DNA of 64,000 bases from NCBI GenBank assembly GCA_965178125.1, contig OZ237744.1:682001-746000 (forward strand), given 5' to 3'. Shown one piece after another: positions 25,301 through 37,637 of this stretch. The notes below the pieces were generated by a model. That model ran no database searches, was not told where the DNA came from, and saw only the letters and a program-made list of their open reading frames with translations. The position numbers and the translations under genes are program-made. Each line of letters starts with the position of its first letter. Within the stretch, counting starts at the first letter, position 1. This DNA comes from Bilabrum cf. latius (lineage: Eukaryota).

Positions 25301-27077
25301 ATGGGGGGCCAGGACCCCAAGGCTGTCGTGAGCAGGGGCGGGCTGAAGGTGGTGTCGGGGGCTGCACTGACGAGTGGGCCCATCGGGTACCACGGACACG
25401 GGGGGCCAGGACCCCAAGGCTGTCGTGAGCAGGGGCGGGCTGAAGGTGGTGTCGGGGGCTGCACTGACGAGTGGGCCCATCGGGTACCACGGACACGGGG
25501 GGCCAGGACCCCAAGGCTGTCGTGAGCAGGGGCGGGCTGAAGGTGGTGCCGGGGGCTGCACTGACGAGTGGGCCCATCGGGTACCACGGACACGGGGGGC
25601 CAGGACCCCGAGGCTGTCGTGAGCAGGGGCGGGCTGAAGGTGGTGTCGGGGGCTGCACTGACGAGTGGGCCCATCGGGTACCACGGACACGGGGGGCCAG
25701 GACCCCAAGGCTGTCGTGAGCAGGGGCGGGCTGAAGGTGGTGTCGGGGGCTGCACTGACGAGTGGGCCCATCGGGTACCACGGACACGGGGGGCCAGGAC
25801 CCCAAGGCTGTCGTGAGCAGGGGCGGGCTGAAGGTGGTGTCGGGGGCTGCACTGACGAGTGGGCCCATCGGGTACCACGGACACGGGGGGCCAGGACCCC
25901 AAGGCTGTCGTGAGCAGGGGCGGGCTGAAGGTGGTGTCGGGGGCTGCACTGACGAGTGGGCCCATCGGGCATGGGGGGCCAGGACCCCAAGGCTGTCGTG
26001 AGCAGGGGCGGGCTGAAGGTGGTGCCGGGGGCTGCACTGACGAGTGGGTCCATCGGGTACCACGGGCATGGGGGGCCAGGACCCCAAGGCTGTCGTGAGC
26101 AGGGGCGGGCTGAAGGTTGTGTCGGGGGCTGCACTGACGAGTGGGCCCATCGGGTACCACGGGCATGGGGGGCCAGGACCCCAAGGCTGTCGTGAGCAGG
26201 GGCGGGCTGAAGGTGGTGTCGGGGGCTGCACTGACGAGTGGGCCCATCGGGTACCACGGACACGGGGGGCCAGGACCCCAAGGCTGTCGTGAGCAGGGGC
26301 GGGCTGAAGGTTGTGGCGGGGGCTGCCCTGACGAGTGGGCCCATCGGGCATGGGGGGCCAGGACCCCAAGGCTGTCGTGAGCAGGGGCGGGCTGAAGGTG
26401 GTGTCGGGGGCTGCACTGACGAGTGGGCCCATCGGGTACCACGGACACGGGGGGCCAGGACCCCAAGGCTGTCGTGAGCAGGGGCGGGCTGAAGGTTGTG
26501 TCGGGGGCTGCACTGACGAGTGGGCCCATCGGGTACCACGGGCATGGGGGGCCAGGACCCCAAGGCTGTCGTGAGCAGGGGCGGGCTGAAGGTTGTGGCG
26601 GGGGCTGCCCTGACGAGTGGGCCCATCGGGCATGGGGGGCCAGGACCCCAAGGCTGTCGTGAGCAGGGGCGGGCTGAAGGTTGTGGCGGGGGCTGCCCTG
26701 ACGAGTGGGCCCATCGGGCATGGGGGGCCAGGACCCCAAGGCTGTCGTGAGCAGGGGCGGGCTGAAGGTTGTGGCGGGGGCTGCACTGACGAGTGGGCCC
26801 ATCGGGCATGGGGGGCCAGGACCCCAAGGCTGTCGTGAGCAGGGGCGGGCTGAAGGTGGTGTCGGGGGCTGCCCTGACGAGTGGGTCCATCGGGTACCAC
26901 GGACACGGGGGGCCAGGAGCCCAAGGCTGTCGTGAGCAGGGGCGGGCTGAAGGTTGTGTCGGGGGCTGCACTGACGAGTGGGTCCATCGGGCATGGGAGG
27001 CCAGGTACCCAAGGCTGTCGTGAGCAGGGGCGGGCTGAAGGTTGTGTCGGGGGCTGCACTGACGAGTGGGCCCATCG
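22380..27077. repeat. G-rich tandem satellite, about 51 units of 88 or 97 bp (rarely 89 or 98)
   Basis: Unit ...GGGGGGCCAGGACCCCAAGGCTGTCGTGAGCAGGGGCGGGCTGAAGGTGGTGTCGGGGGCTGCACTGACGAGTGGGCCCATCGGG..., followed by CAT or by TACCACGGACAC. Confidence 0.98.
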
Positions 27078-27640
27078 TGCGCCACGGACGGCTAGTTAAA
27101 TATTTATAGCTATGGTTAATATTGGGGGCGCAGCAGGCGGCGGGAGGACAGTCGCACAGCTTGGATTGCCCGGCATGGATCTCTCCCCTGGTTTTGACAG
27201 GTGGCCCGTGCGGGTGCAGGGACCTCGGTGCATGAATATGGTGTTCCGTGGTTTGCGACCCATCGTAAATGTTGTTGAATATACTAAGTAGCCGAATATT
27301 ATCTGCTGCGATGCGATTTGCTGCCTTGACTACGGGGCTCGCGATCCTTGATCACTTGCCTCGCATAGGCTTCTTGGCGTTTACCACCAAACACCGCATC
27401 AACTGGAACACGGAGAAGCCCAGACACTGAATTACATGCAATAAAAAGGTTTAGTGTGAATGATTCCTTCCACGGGCACTTTTGGCTCCTGGTGGAAGGC
27501 GCGACGAGGATGCATCCGGGGGCGGCCGCATCGACCAGGTGAAGCCACCACCATCAAGCAAAAAAATGAGCCGCATACATACTTTATTACATACAAAATA
27601 TGTTGCACGGCTTAGATTTGCTCTATGGGGCCGAAATTAC

Positions 27641-27910
27641 GCCGAGCGAGCTGCTGGGTATGCTTGACTGATACTCTCGTTGCGCATGTCTGCGCAATGC
27701 TGACGGATGGTTTTGATAATTGCATGTAAAGAAATAATCAACGTAGCAAAACAAGCCTTACGGTAGTGCTGCGTACAACGGAAAGTACCGTTTTTGGACC
27801 GCCAAAAACAATTCGACGGTCCTGCAACAGACGCTTTCGTCAGGCACCGGATCGTGGACGCAGCGCGCAGATTTGCATTTTGCCATGCATTGCACACGTG
27901 TGGTGCGGCC
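27641..27910. repeat. Right arm of the degenerate long inverted repeat
   Basis: GCCGAGCGAGCT (27641), ACGGTAG (27760), the block at 27808-27840 and ATCGTGGACG (27851) match the left arm in order. Confidence 0.6.
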
Positions 27911-27974
27911 TGCTGCTTCGTAGACACGCATTCAGCTGATACTCAAGCATTGCTTTCAGCACCACCGAACCACC

Positions 27975-30757
27975 TCAGTCAAGAAACTCGTCAAGGCCCG
28001 GGTCATCTAGCTCTGAGAACATGTCAGGGGCAGCCGCGGAAGCTGCCTAGTCGGCGCTGCTGCTACCGCCGCCCGCACCAGCCTCACTCGGAGGGGCGAT
28101 TTCTCCCTCTCCTGATGCACTCGTATGATCGCTGCCCTTCCCTGGCTCTTCTGCCTTCGTTTGCTCGTCACCCTCCTTGGAACCACCACCTCCGTCCTCT
28201 TTCTCCTCGTCACCCCGCTCGCTCTTCTCGGCAAGAAAGTACTAGTCCGGGCACAGCTTCTCGAACAGGCGCACGGCTCGATCAGCCTCCCAGTCGCTCG
28301 CGAAACTGGCGGGGCTCGCAACCACGTCCGCTTCCGATATGTGCAGCTTTCCGCTCCCCACAAGCTCAAGCAACTGTTGCTGCTCCGACCCCGCTTCGGG
28401 AGCTAGAGGCAACACCTCGGCGTGACACACCTGCATGATGACCCGCGGCCTGTCCGGCTTGCTGGCCTTCTTGCTGCTTGCAGGATCCGGGCCAGGAGCG
28501 CTGCTTGGACCCGCCCTTGATGCAACGTCGGCAGATGGCTTGTCGGGCTCACCGGGCCTGGCGGCCGCCTACGTCGCTGGAATCGGGACCGAGGCAGGGT
28601 CGGCAAGCAGCCGCACCAGCCGCCGCAGAGATCCGATCGCGGACGCAGCCCGCTGCTCCAAGACTCCCCTGAAACCGTCACTGGTGGTCGTACCCTCTGT
28701 CGCTTCCGATCCTTTCGTTGATGGTGCTGCGGCGGCCAACCCTCGCGGCCGACTCGTGTCAATCTCGGTGCTTGCATAGAAGAGGCAGTAACCAGGCGGG
28801 CAAACCTTTACGGTGGCATCAAGCTGTACGGCGCAAATAGCACGCTGGTTGTTCACGTATGTGGACCCCGGTGGCACCGCAATGGCGGCCCGAGCTTTGT
28901 CTGGAGACACGAGAGGTCGGTCGGCCACTACGACAACGCGAGCAACCGCCGTGCACCTGGATCGAATCGAAGCTCGCAGCTCGGCACCCCTTGCCCCGCC
29001 TGGGGCAGTGCTATGCAACCATCTTGCTGGACACAGGTCGGGGTACAGCCAGGGAACAAAAGCAGACGACGCTATGATCTGCCCGGCGCACATCAGTAGG
29101 CCACTAGTATCGGACACACCGACCTGAGAGGATGCTCCGCTCTTGCCTGGCACTGTTATTTCTGACGAATGATCCACAGCCGCATGGCTGCTGCTGCTGG
29201 ATGCAGCTGCACGTTCCGCGCCTGACCCGCTGCTTGGGGCCGACGTCGCGCTGCTCCCACCAGCTGCAGTTCTACTGGGGAGGCAAAGCGCAGCCACCGG
29301 GCACCTCACATTGATGATCGTGCCAGACAATCCAGCCGCGCGAGAGAAGGCCTAGGGTGTGTCGCCGCTGCCGTAGAGAGCCGTGACGTATGCATTGGCA
29401 CTGAATCGGCCAACGCTGCGAAGATACACGAGCAGACGAGCCATGCCGTCTGCTGCACTCGTTTGCTCGGCCGAAGGAAGCCACTCGCCCCCAAGGTCGG
29501 GGTCAGCACCGGCGCCAGCCGTTTCCTTTGGTGGCTCTTGGCTAGATGCCAGCTCCGCCACCGCGTAGAGAACCATGCGCAACAGCCTTCCCGTGATGCC
29601 ACACCGCCTCAAGTACGCAGCAAACGGCATGCCTCGCTCGTGCTCTGCCAGGTCGAACACGGGGTCCAGCGCCCTCTTGTTCTGGGGGCGATGCAGGGAT
29701 CTCCCGGCTGCGAGCGTTGTGTCGTTCATCTGCTGGGCCTTCATGCCGTCGGCCTCCGCGATGAGATCCACGCAGTGCATGAGGAAACGCGTGATGGCTC
29801 GTTTCTCCAGCAGCGATAGCACGGGGTTGGAAAACACCTCGGACTTGCTGCAGGGAACAGGGGCTTCCACCACCGAGATGCCCGCAGGGGGGGCTTCTTG
29901 TTCGGGCCTGGGCGCGAGGTCACCACTGCCACTGTGCGGTGCCACTGTGCTGGGGCCGGTGCCACCGATAGCCAGCAGTGGCTCGAGGAGCATGCTGCGC
30001 TGGACCGTCATAAACTCCATGTAGTGGTGGCAGTTGGCGCCCACAATGGCCTCGATCGTGCCGCCCCTCGACAAAAACACGGCGGGCCGTAGGTCCAGAG
30101 CGAATTGCCTGCGCTGGCCCCGGGGGATTGTCTCACTCGCGTCCACGTCCACGGACGCAGCCAGCACCCGCCAGTCCAGCTCTGCGTCCTCGGGTTCGAC
30201 GAGAGAAACATCGCGGTATTGGGGCCGCTACGTTTTGCCGCTGCCGCTTGGAGGTGCACTGGATTCCTTCGGTTTGTCCGGACTCGACTTTGACGCAAAG
30301 CTGGACGTAGGTGCTGGGCAGAGTGCTGGTGCCCCCCAGCTGCCCACGATGTCGCACGAGGTCCGCAAGCTTAGACGCGCCGCAAGGGCTGCAGCTGGAT
30401 GGCTTGCAACGTCGTCATCGATGAGCCTAACTAGCTCGGCTGCCTCCAATTTGGCTTTAGACTGCTTTGGTGCGCTGTGTCTCTCCGCCCACCTCTTGAG
30501 TTCGGTCAAGCTCATCGACGTCCAAAGGGAGCCAAACGTCCCAGTGGCATCGAGCTACAGGACTTTATTCTTGCTACGCGCTAATGCTCTGCGAAAGTGC
30601 AACAAATACGCATGGTTTGAGGCTTGGGACGGATAGATCTCCTGCTGCAACTGCAAGTGGGGCAATTCGACGACTAAACTTACGTTGAAAGCACGCACTC
30701 GCACAAGCCAGTACCTAGAATAATATAATCAAACTCTGAATCGAGCGGGTCTTCCAT
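27975..30757 (-). CDS. REP: Rab escort protein (REP/GDI family), copy 1; intron 30589-30683
   Basis: EFDYIILGTGL, KVL*LD, RQFALDLRP, HYMEF, VPCSKSEVF, LSLLEKR, YLRSVGRF, LYGSGDTP*AFSR, VCPPG, AVRLFEKLCP; acidic tail. Ends TGA. Confidence 0.88.
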
Positions 30758-31088
30758 AATTCTGTTCAGGTCAACCGTTCGATTGCATTCTTTCCATTTC
30801 CGGGAACCCCAAACTACACCTTACCCAATCGGGAAATCAGACTATTTGAGCGAGCAAGTTGGATCGGCCCATTACAGCTAGCAGAGAGCCGTGGTAGCGC
30901 GATATCTGGCTGTATCTATACTTTGGAATTTGATTCCCCGAACGTCGGGTTCGGCGCTCGGCAAAGCTTGGACCTGCGCGGTTCCGAAGCACGAAGCAAT
31001 TGCTTCGATCCCACAGTCTACTAATCCGCTACTTGTGTAGCTTAGGGCCGGTTTTTGGCCCAATTTATCCGGCAGAGCTTGATCTCAA

Positions 31089-31901
31089 ATGCAAAGAGTG
31101 CCTGGAATGTCTGGTTCTGCGGAAGCAAGCTCTGAGAAGGGGACCGCACCGAGCTCGAGCAGCTCATCGGCAAGTTCATCCTCTGGACAGACAGCCATGG
31201 AAGGTTCACAAGCGCCCACACTGCCCCAGGCAGCAGCATCCGTTGGTTTTACGCAGGGTTCGCTTCCCGGAACACAGCCTTCTTCTAGTATGGGAGCGAC
31301 CGAGTAGACAGCAAGGGTCCCACCAGCGGACTGGGCCAGCTAGGCGATGGAAGAGGACAGTGACCAACAAGATGTGAGAGATCAAGGCATGGGTCAAGAT
31401 TTTGCTTTTGGCGGCGGATCGGGTGGTCCGAACCACCTCAGTCAAGAAACTCGTCAAGGCCCGGGTCATCTAGCTCTGAGAACATGTCAGGGGCAGCCGC
31501 GGAAGCTGCCTAGTCGGCGCTGCTGCTACCGCCGCCCGCACCAGCCTCACTCGGAGGGGCGATTTCTCCCTCTCCTGATGCACTCGTATGATCGCTGCCC
31601 TTCCCTGGCTCTTCTGCCTTCGTTTGCTCGTCACCCTCCTTGGAACCACCACCTCCGTCCTCTTTCTCCTCGTCACCCCGCTCGCCCTTCTCGGCAAGAA
31701 AGTACTAGTCCGGGCACAGCTTCTCGAACAGGCGCACGGCTCGATCAGCCTCCCAGTCGCTCGCGAAACTGGCGGGGCTCGCAACCACGTCCGCTTCCGA
31801 TATGTGCAGCTTTCCGCTCCCCACAAGCTCAAGCAACTGTTGCTGCTCCGACCCCGCTTCGGGAGCTAGAGGCAACACCTCGGCGTGACACACCTGCATG
31901 A
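31089..31901 (+). pseudogene. Duplicated 5' fragment of GCN5 fused at 31427 to antisense REP 3' sequence (chimeric ORF, about 270 aa)
   Basis: 31089-31427 equals GCN5 34552-34890 and has no HAT domain. The frame continues to TGA at 31899. Confidence 0.7.
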
Positions 31902-34220
31902 TGACCCGCGGCCTGTCCGGCTTGCTGGCCTTCTTGCTGCTTGCAGGATCCGGGCCAGGAGCGCTGCTTGGACCCGCCCTTGATGCAACGTCGGCAGATG
32001 GCTTGTCGGGCTCACCGGGCCTGGCGGCCGCCTACGTCGCTGGAATCGGGACCGAGGCAGGGTCGGCAAGCAGCCGCACCAGCCGCCGCAGAGATCCGAT
32101 CGCGGACGCAGCCCGCTGCTCCAAGACTCCCCTGAAACCGTCACTGGTGGTCGTACCCTCTGTCGCTTCCGATCCTTTCGTTGATGGTGCTGCGGCGGCC
32201 AACCCTCGCGGCCGACTCGTGTCAATCTCGGTGCTTGCATAGAAGAGGCAGTAACCAGGCGGGCAAACCTTTACGGTGGCATCAAGCTGTACGGCGCAAA
32301 TAGCACGCTGGTTGTTCACGTATGTGGACCCCGGTGGCACCGCAATGGCGGCCCGAGCTTTGTCTGGAGACACGAGAGGTCGGTCGGCCACTACGACAAC
32401 GCGAGCAACCGCCGTGCACCTGGATCGAATCGAAGCTCGCAGCTCGGCACCCCTTGCCCCGCCTGGGGCAGTGCTATGCAACCATCTTGCTGGACACAGG
32501 TCGGGGTACAGCCAGGGAACAAAAGCAGACGACGCTATGATCTGCTCGGCGCACATCAGTAGGCCGCTAGTATCGGACACACCGACCTGAGAGGATGCTC
32601 CGCTCTTGCCTGGCACTGTTATTTCTAACGAATGATCCACAGCCGCATGGCTGCTGCTGCTGGATGCAGCTGCACGTTCCGCGCCTGACCCGCTGCTTGG
32701 GGCCGACGTCGCGCTGCTCCCACCAGCTGCAGTTCTACTGGGGAGGCACAGCGCAGCCACCGGGCACCTCACATTGATGATCGTGCCAGACAATCCAGCC
32801 GCGCGAGAGAAGGCCTAGGGTGTGTCGCCGCTGCCGTAGAGAGCCGTGACGTATGCATTGGCACTGAATCGGCCAACGCTGCGAAGATACACGAGCAGAC
32901 GAGCCATGCCGTCTGCTGCACTCGTTTGCTCGGCCGAAGGAAGCCACTCGCCCCCAAGGTCGGGGTCAGCACCGGCGCCAGCCGTTTCCTTTGGTGGCTC
33001 TTGGCTAGATGCCAGCTCCGCCACCGCGTAGAGAACCATGCGCAACAGCCTTCCCGTGATGCCACACCGCCTCAAGTACGCAGCAAACGGCATGCCTCGC
33101 TCGTGCTCTGCCAGGTCGAACACGGGGTCCAGCGCCCTCTTGTTCTGGGGGCGATGCAGGGATCTCCCGGCTGCGAGCGTTGTGTCGTTCATCTGCTATG
33201 CCTTCATGCCGTCGGCCTCCGCGATGAGATCCACGCAGTGCATGAGGAAACGCGTGATGGCTCGTTTCTCCAGCAGCGATAGCACGGGGTTGGAAAACAC
33301 CTCGGACTTGCTGCAGGGAACAGGGGCTTCCACCACCGAGATGCCTGCAGGGGGGGCTTCTTGTTCGGGCCTGGGCGCGAGGTCACCACTGCCACTGTGC
33401 GGTGCCACTGTGCTGGGGCCGGTGCCACCGATAGCCAGCAGTGGCTCGAGGAGCATGCTGCGCTGGACCGTCATAAACTCCATGTAGTGGTGGCAGTTGG
33501 CGCCCACAATGGCCTCGATCGTGCCGCCCCTCGACAAAAACACGGCGGGCCGTAGGTCCAGAGCGAATTGCCTGCGCTGGCCCCGGGGGATTGTCTCACT
33601 CGCGTCCACGTCCACGGACGCAGCCAGCACCCGCCAGTCCAGCTCTGCGTCCTCGGGTTCGACGAGAGAAACATCGCGGTATTGGGGCCGCTACGTTTTG
33701 CCGCTGCCGCTTGGAGGTGCACTGGATTCCTTCGGTTTGTCCGGACTCGACTTTGACGCAAAGCTGGACGTAGGTGCTGGGCAGAGTGCTGGTGCCCCCC
33801 AGCTGCCCACGATGTCGCACGAGGTCCGCAAGCTTAGACGCGCCGCAAGGGCTGCAGCTGGATGGCTTGCAACGTCGTCATCGATGAGCCTAACTAGCTC
33901 GGCTGCCTCCAATTTGGCTTTAGACTGCTTTGGTGCGCTGTGTCTCTCCGCCCACCTCTTGAGTTCGGTCAAGCTCATCGACGTCCAAAGGGAGCCAAAC
34001 GTCCCAGTGGCATCGAGCTACAGGACTTTATTCTTGCTACGCGCTAATGCTCTGCGAAAGTGCAACAAATACGCATGGTTTGAGGCTTGGGACGGATAGA
34101 TCTCCTGCTGCAACTGCAAGTGGGGCAATTCGACGACTAAACTTACGTTGAAAGCACGCACTCGCACAAGCCAGTACCTAGAATAATATAATCAAACTCT
34201 GAATCGAGCGGGTCTTCCAT
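31438..34220 (-). CDS. REP: Rab escort protein, copy 2; intron 34052-34146
   Basis: Near-identical to copy 1. Has TAG at 33196 where copy 1 has CAG. Confidence 0.88.
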
Positions 34221-34551
34221 AATTCTGTTCAGGTCAACCGTTCGATTGCATTCTTTCCATTTCCGGGAACCCCAAACTACACCTTACCCAATCGGGAAAT
34301 CAGACTATTTGAGCGAGCAAGTTGGATCGGCCCATTACAGCTAGCAGAGAGCCGTGGTAGCGCGATATCTGGCTGTATCTATACTTTGGAATTTGATTCC
34401 CCGAACGTCGGGTTCGGCGCTCGGCAAAGCTTGGACCTGCGCGGTTCCGAAGCACGAAGCAATTGCTTCGATCCCACAGTCTACTAATCCGCTACTTGTG
34501 TAGCTTAGGGCCGGTTTTTGGCCCAATTTATCCGGCAGAGCTTGATCTCAA

Positions 34552-36234
34552 ATGCAAAGAGTGCCTGGAATGTCTGGTTCTGCGGAAGCAAGCTCTGAGA
34601 AGGGGACCGCACCGAGCTCGAGCAGCTCATCGGCAAGTTCATCCTCTGGACAGACAGCCATGGAAGGTTCACAAGCGCCCACACTGCCCCAGGCAGCAGC
34701 ATCCGTTGGTTTTACGCAGGGTTCGCTTCCCGGAACACAGCCTTCTTCTAGTATGGGAGCGACCGAGTAGACAGCAAGGGTCCCACCAGCGGACTGGGCC
34801 AGCTAGGCGATGGAAGAGGACAGTGACCAACAAGATGTGAGAGATCAAGGCATGGGTCAAGATTTTGCTTTTGGCGGCGGATCGGGTGGTTCTGGGGCTT
34901 CAGAGAGCAAGAGTGGCGAGGCAAGCGAAGGCCTTGATGGCGATGGCGACGAGGAGGAGGAGGAGGTGATTCCGGACGCAAAGAACGTTTTCATCACAAG
35001 AGACGAACTTGCAAAGACCGAACAGGATACCGCAGATCTGGTATTTCGCGTCATCACGAACGACGGTCAAGAGCAGACCTCGGTGTGGCTGACGGGGGCC
35101 AAGAACATCTTCAGCTAGCAGCTGCCCAAGATGCCCCCGGAGTACATTGCTCGGCTCGTCTTTGACCCCAGGCACAGGACTATGGTCGCGTTGAAGCACG
35201 GCCGAGTCGTTGGTGGCATCTGCTACCGGCCGTTCTTCCCCCAGAGATTCGCCGAGATCGCCTTCCTGGCAATCACCTCTTCCCAGCAGGTCAGGGGATA
35301 CGGCACTAGGCTGATGAACAACCTGAAGGAAGCGGTCAAGAACGTCGGCATCACGGAATTCTTGACGTACGCAGACAACTACGCCACGGGTTATTTCAGG
35401 AAGCAGGGATTCACGGACAGCATAAGCATGGACCCCCGCCGGTGGAAGGGATACATCAAGGAGTACGAGGGCGGCACGCTCATGCAGTGCACCATCCACA
35501 GGAACGTGCAGTATAACGACGTGGCCAAGATGCTCCGGGCCCAGCGCGACTTTATCCTGCGGAGCATCAGGGCACGGGGGGTTGACCTGAAGGCCGCCGG
35601 CGTGGAGGTGAGGGAGGGCCGCCTCATGACCCGGCTGGGCTCGCTGCAAGAACTCAGAGCAAAGGCGCTCAAGGCGGAACGGGAGCAGGCTGAAGCTGCC
35701 GCGCAGGCTGCCATGGAAGACGACGAAGAAGAGGGAGACGAGGGGCAGGCGGAGGGCGGGTCGGGCGAAGGGGCTGGCGGTGCGGCAGGGTCAGCCTCGG
35801 CCGGCTTCAAGCGAAGGCGACGGTCCTCTGTTGCGTCCCCTGGCGGGGCAGCGGCGAGGGGACCAACTCGGCGACAGAGGGACCAGGCCGCCGCGGCGCT
35901 GCGGGGCACTCTGGCTCGGCTGCTTGATGCCATCAAGGCGGACGAGCACTCGTGGCCCTTCCTCGAGCCCGTGGATCCGGAGGAGGCCGAGGACTATTAC
36001 GAGAAGATCAAGGAGCCCATGGATCTGAAGACCATGGATAGCAAGGTGAAGGAGGGCAAGTATGGCTCCATCGATGCGTTCTTGGCCGATGTTAAGCTCA
36101 TCTGCCAGAACTGCAGGACCTACAATCCGCCGGATTCTAGCTACGTGCAGGCTGCGAACCGGTTGGAGGCGTTTGCAGGGGCCAGATACAGGACACTCAC
36201 GCAGTAGAAGCCGGTGGGTCTCGCCGTCGTATGA
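34552..36234 (+). CDS. GCN5: Histone acetyltransferase GCN5 (GNAT domain plus bromodomain); start ATG 34552 or 34570; 4 TAG
   Basis: KNIFS*QLPKMPPEYIARLVFD, EIAFLAI, QVRGYGT, FLTYADNYATGYFRKQGF, GYIKEYEGGTLM; bromodomain SWPFLEPV, DYYEKIKEPMDL, NCRTYN. Ends TGA. Confidence 0.95.
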
Positions 36235-36428
36235 TGCAGGCCAGCAGCCCACCGCCGTCGTTGTGGCCTATCTTTTTTATTCCGAGTAGTATGTCCGTTC
36301 GCGATCAAAACAAAAAATCATCGATTTACCATTCTTACGGGCCTGAACAAATGCAGGAAGTAAAAGAAGCGGATATTTCATTGATAGACGGAACATTTTC
36401 CGGGATTGCTAGAAAAAAGCGAGCAGAC

Positions 36429-37373
36429 ATGAGCACAAGGATGCACGCTTCGAGTTGGTCGTTGGGAGGCAGCATGCCAAGGTCAGAGCGTGCGAAGCTA
36501 TTCTAGACCACATCAGCTGCGGACCACGACAGAAAGCCAGCTGTTTACGCGGGTCTTAGGCGAGTCAACATGAACCGCTCCCACAAGGGTGCCGTCGTGC
36601 CGACAAGGCATGTCCCACCTCCTTCGGAGAGATTTTGCACGTCTAGTGGAGGTGTGCACGGTATCCATTCAAGTGCCAGCACAAAGAGAGGATATTAGCG
36701 GCAAGGACCAGCGTTTGACAGAATCACAGCTTGCAAAACGAATTACGAATTGTCTGGGCCCCTGTCCACCGCGGAGCAGAGAGACCGGATGCTGCCGACA
36801 ACGGCAAAGCTCCACGCCCACCCGGCAGAGCTTGCTACCGTCGACCCGATGGATAAACCGACCGTTGACACTCGCAAGCCGTTCGCTAAGCGCACGATGG
36901 CGCGGCACCTCGCAGAGATGGACGCCGCCGGACCTGGGGCGGACCCTCGGTCTGCTGCCCTGTGGGTCTCCAGACCGGGAGCGCGGGGGAGAGCAGGGGA
37001 CCCGGCGGTGCCGGCGGCCGCTGGGCGATCGCGCATAGGTCTGGTGCATCAGCGGCCCAGGCAGGACGTCGAGTCGCGCGTGGATATCGTGACTGGTCAG
37101 CGCAAGCCGAGGGGGACGTACCTTCGCAGGAGCGAGGTCTCGAGGGTGAGGCCGAGCCAGAACCGCGCCTTTTCCACAGCAACGCAGGAGGCAGCGCTGG
37201 ATTTGATCACTGGAAGGGTTACCAGGAGAGTTTTACCGCCGGTTGAAACCAAGGGGATACCGAGGGGGCGGGCGATTGACAGGCCGCCGCTTGGCACGCT
37301 GAGTGCCGTCAGGCCACCCACGCCGAAGGGGACCGATTACTACGCCGCATTCAGGCAAGGGAAACGAAGATGA
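36429..37373 (+). CDS. Hypothetical basic protein, 314 aa (2 TAG)
   Basis: Single frame from ATG 36429 to TGA, broken only by TAG; no recognised domain. Confidence 0.6.
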
Positions 37374-37637
37374 TGCTCATTCAGCTCGCCGAGGTACGGA
37401 TCAGCGCTAGTTGCGGTTGAAGAACAGTCGCCTCGGACACCACCACCTACTCTCTTTGGGCCAACAACTAGATCTCATCAGGCTGTTGCCGCCTCTCGGC
37501 GACAGCAACCTCTGGCAGGAACCGGAACTGCCAGTGGCAGTGACGCTGCACCTGACCTCATCTCTCTCCCACCTTGTCTGTCGTTATCATCCATACCAAT
37601 CAATTGCTCAACGCCTGCTCTCGATGGCGGCTGTTGA

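Larger units (their letters stand above)
27965..34890. repeat. Tandem segmental duplication, 2 x 3,463 bp (27965-31427 and 31428-34890)
   Basis: Constant offset of 3463, about 8 substitutions seen, no indels seen, single junction at 31427/31428. Confidence 0.97.

Noticed and set aside
22380-27077. CRISPR array
   Set aside because: Contiguous tandem units with no unique spacers, no cas genes, and a eukaryotic context.
22380-27077. Hammerhead ribozyme in each satellite unit (CTGAYGAG)
   Set aside because: No GAAA core after the putative stem II and no proper stems I/III; some units break CTGA.
22220-27085. 1,621-aa Pro-rich gene
   Set aside because: A by-product of a stop-free repeat strand. 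All three frames are equivalent, and +1 indel units occur.
19885-27910. Endogenous virophage or Polinton
   Set aside because: No capsid, ATPase, polymerase or integrase ORFs, and the region is not AT-rich overall.
35116-35118. UAG = Lys or Arg (this GCN5 site is often K or R)
   Set aside because: The position is variable; the invariant sites and the CAG/TAG paralog swap point to Gln.
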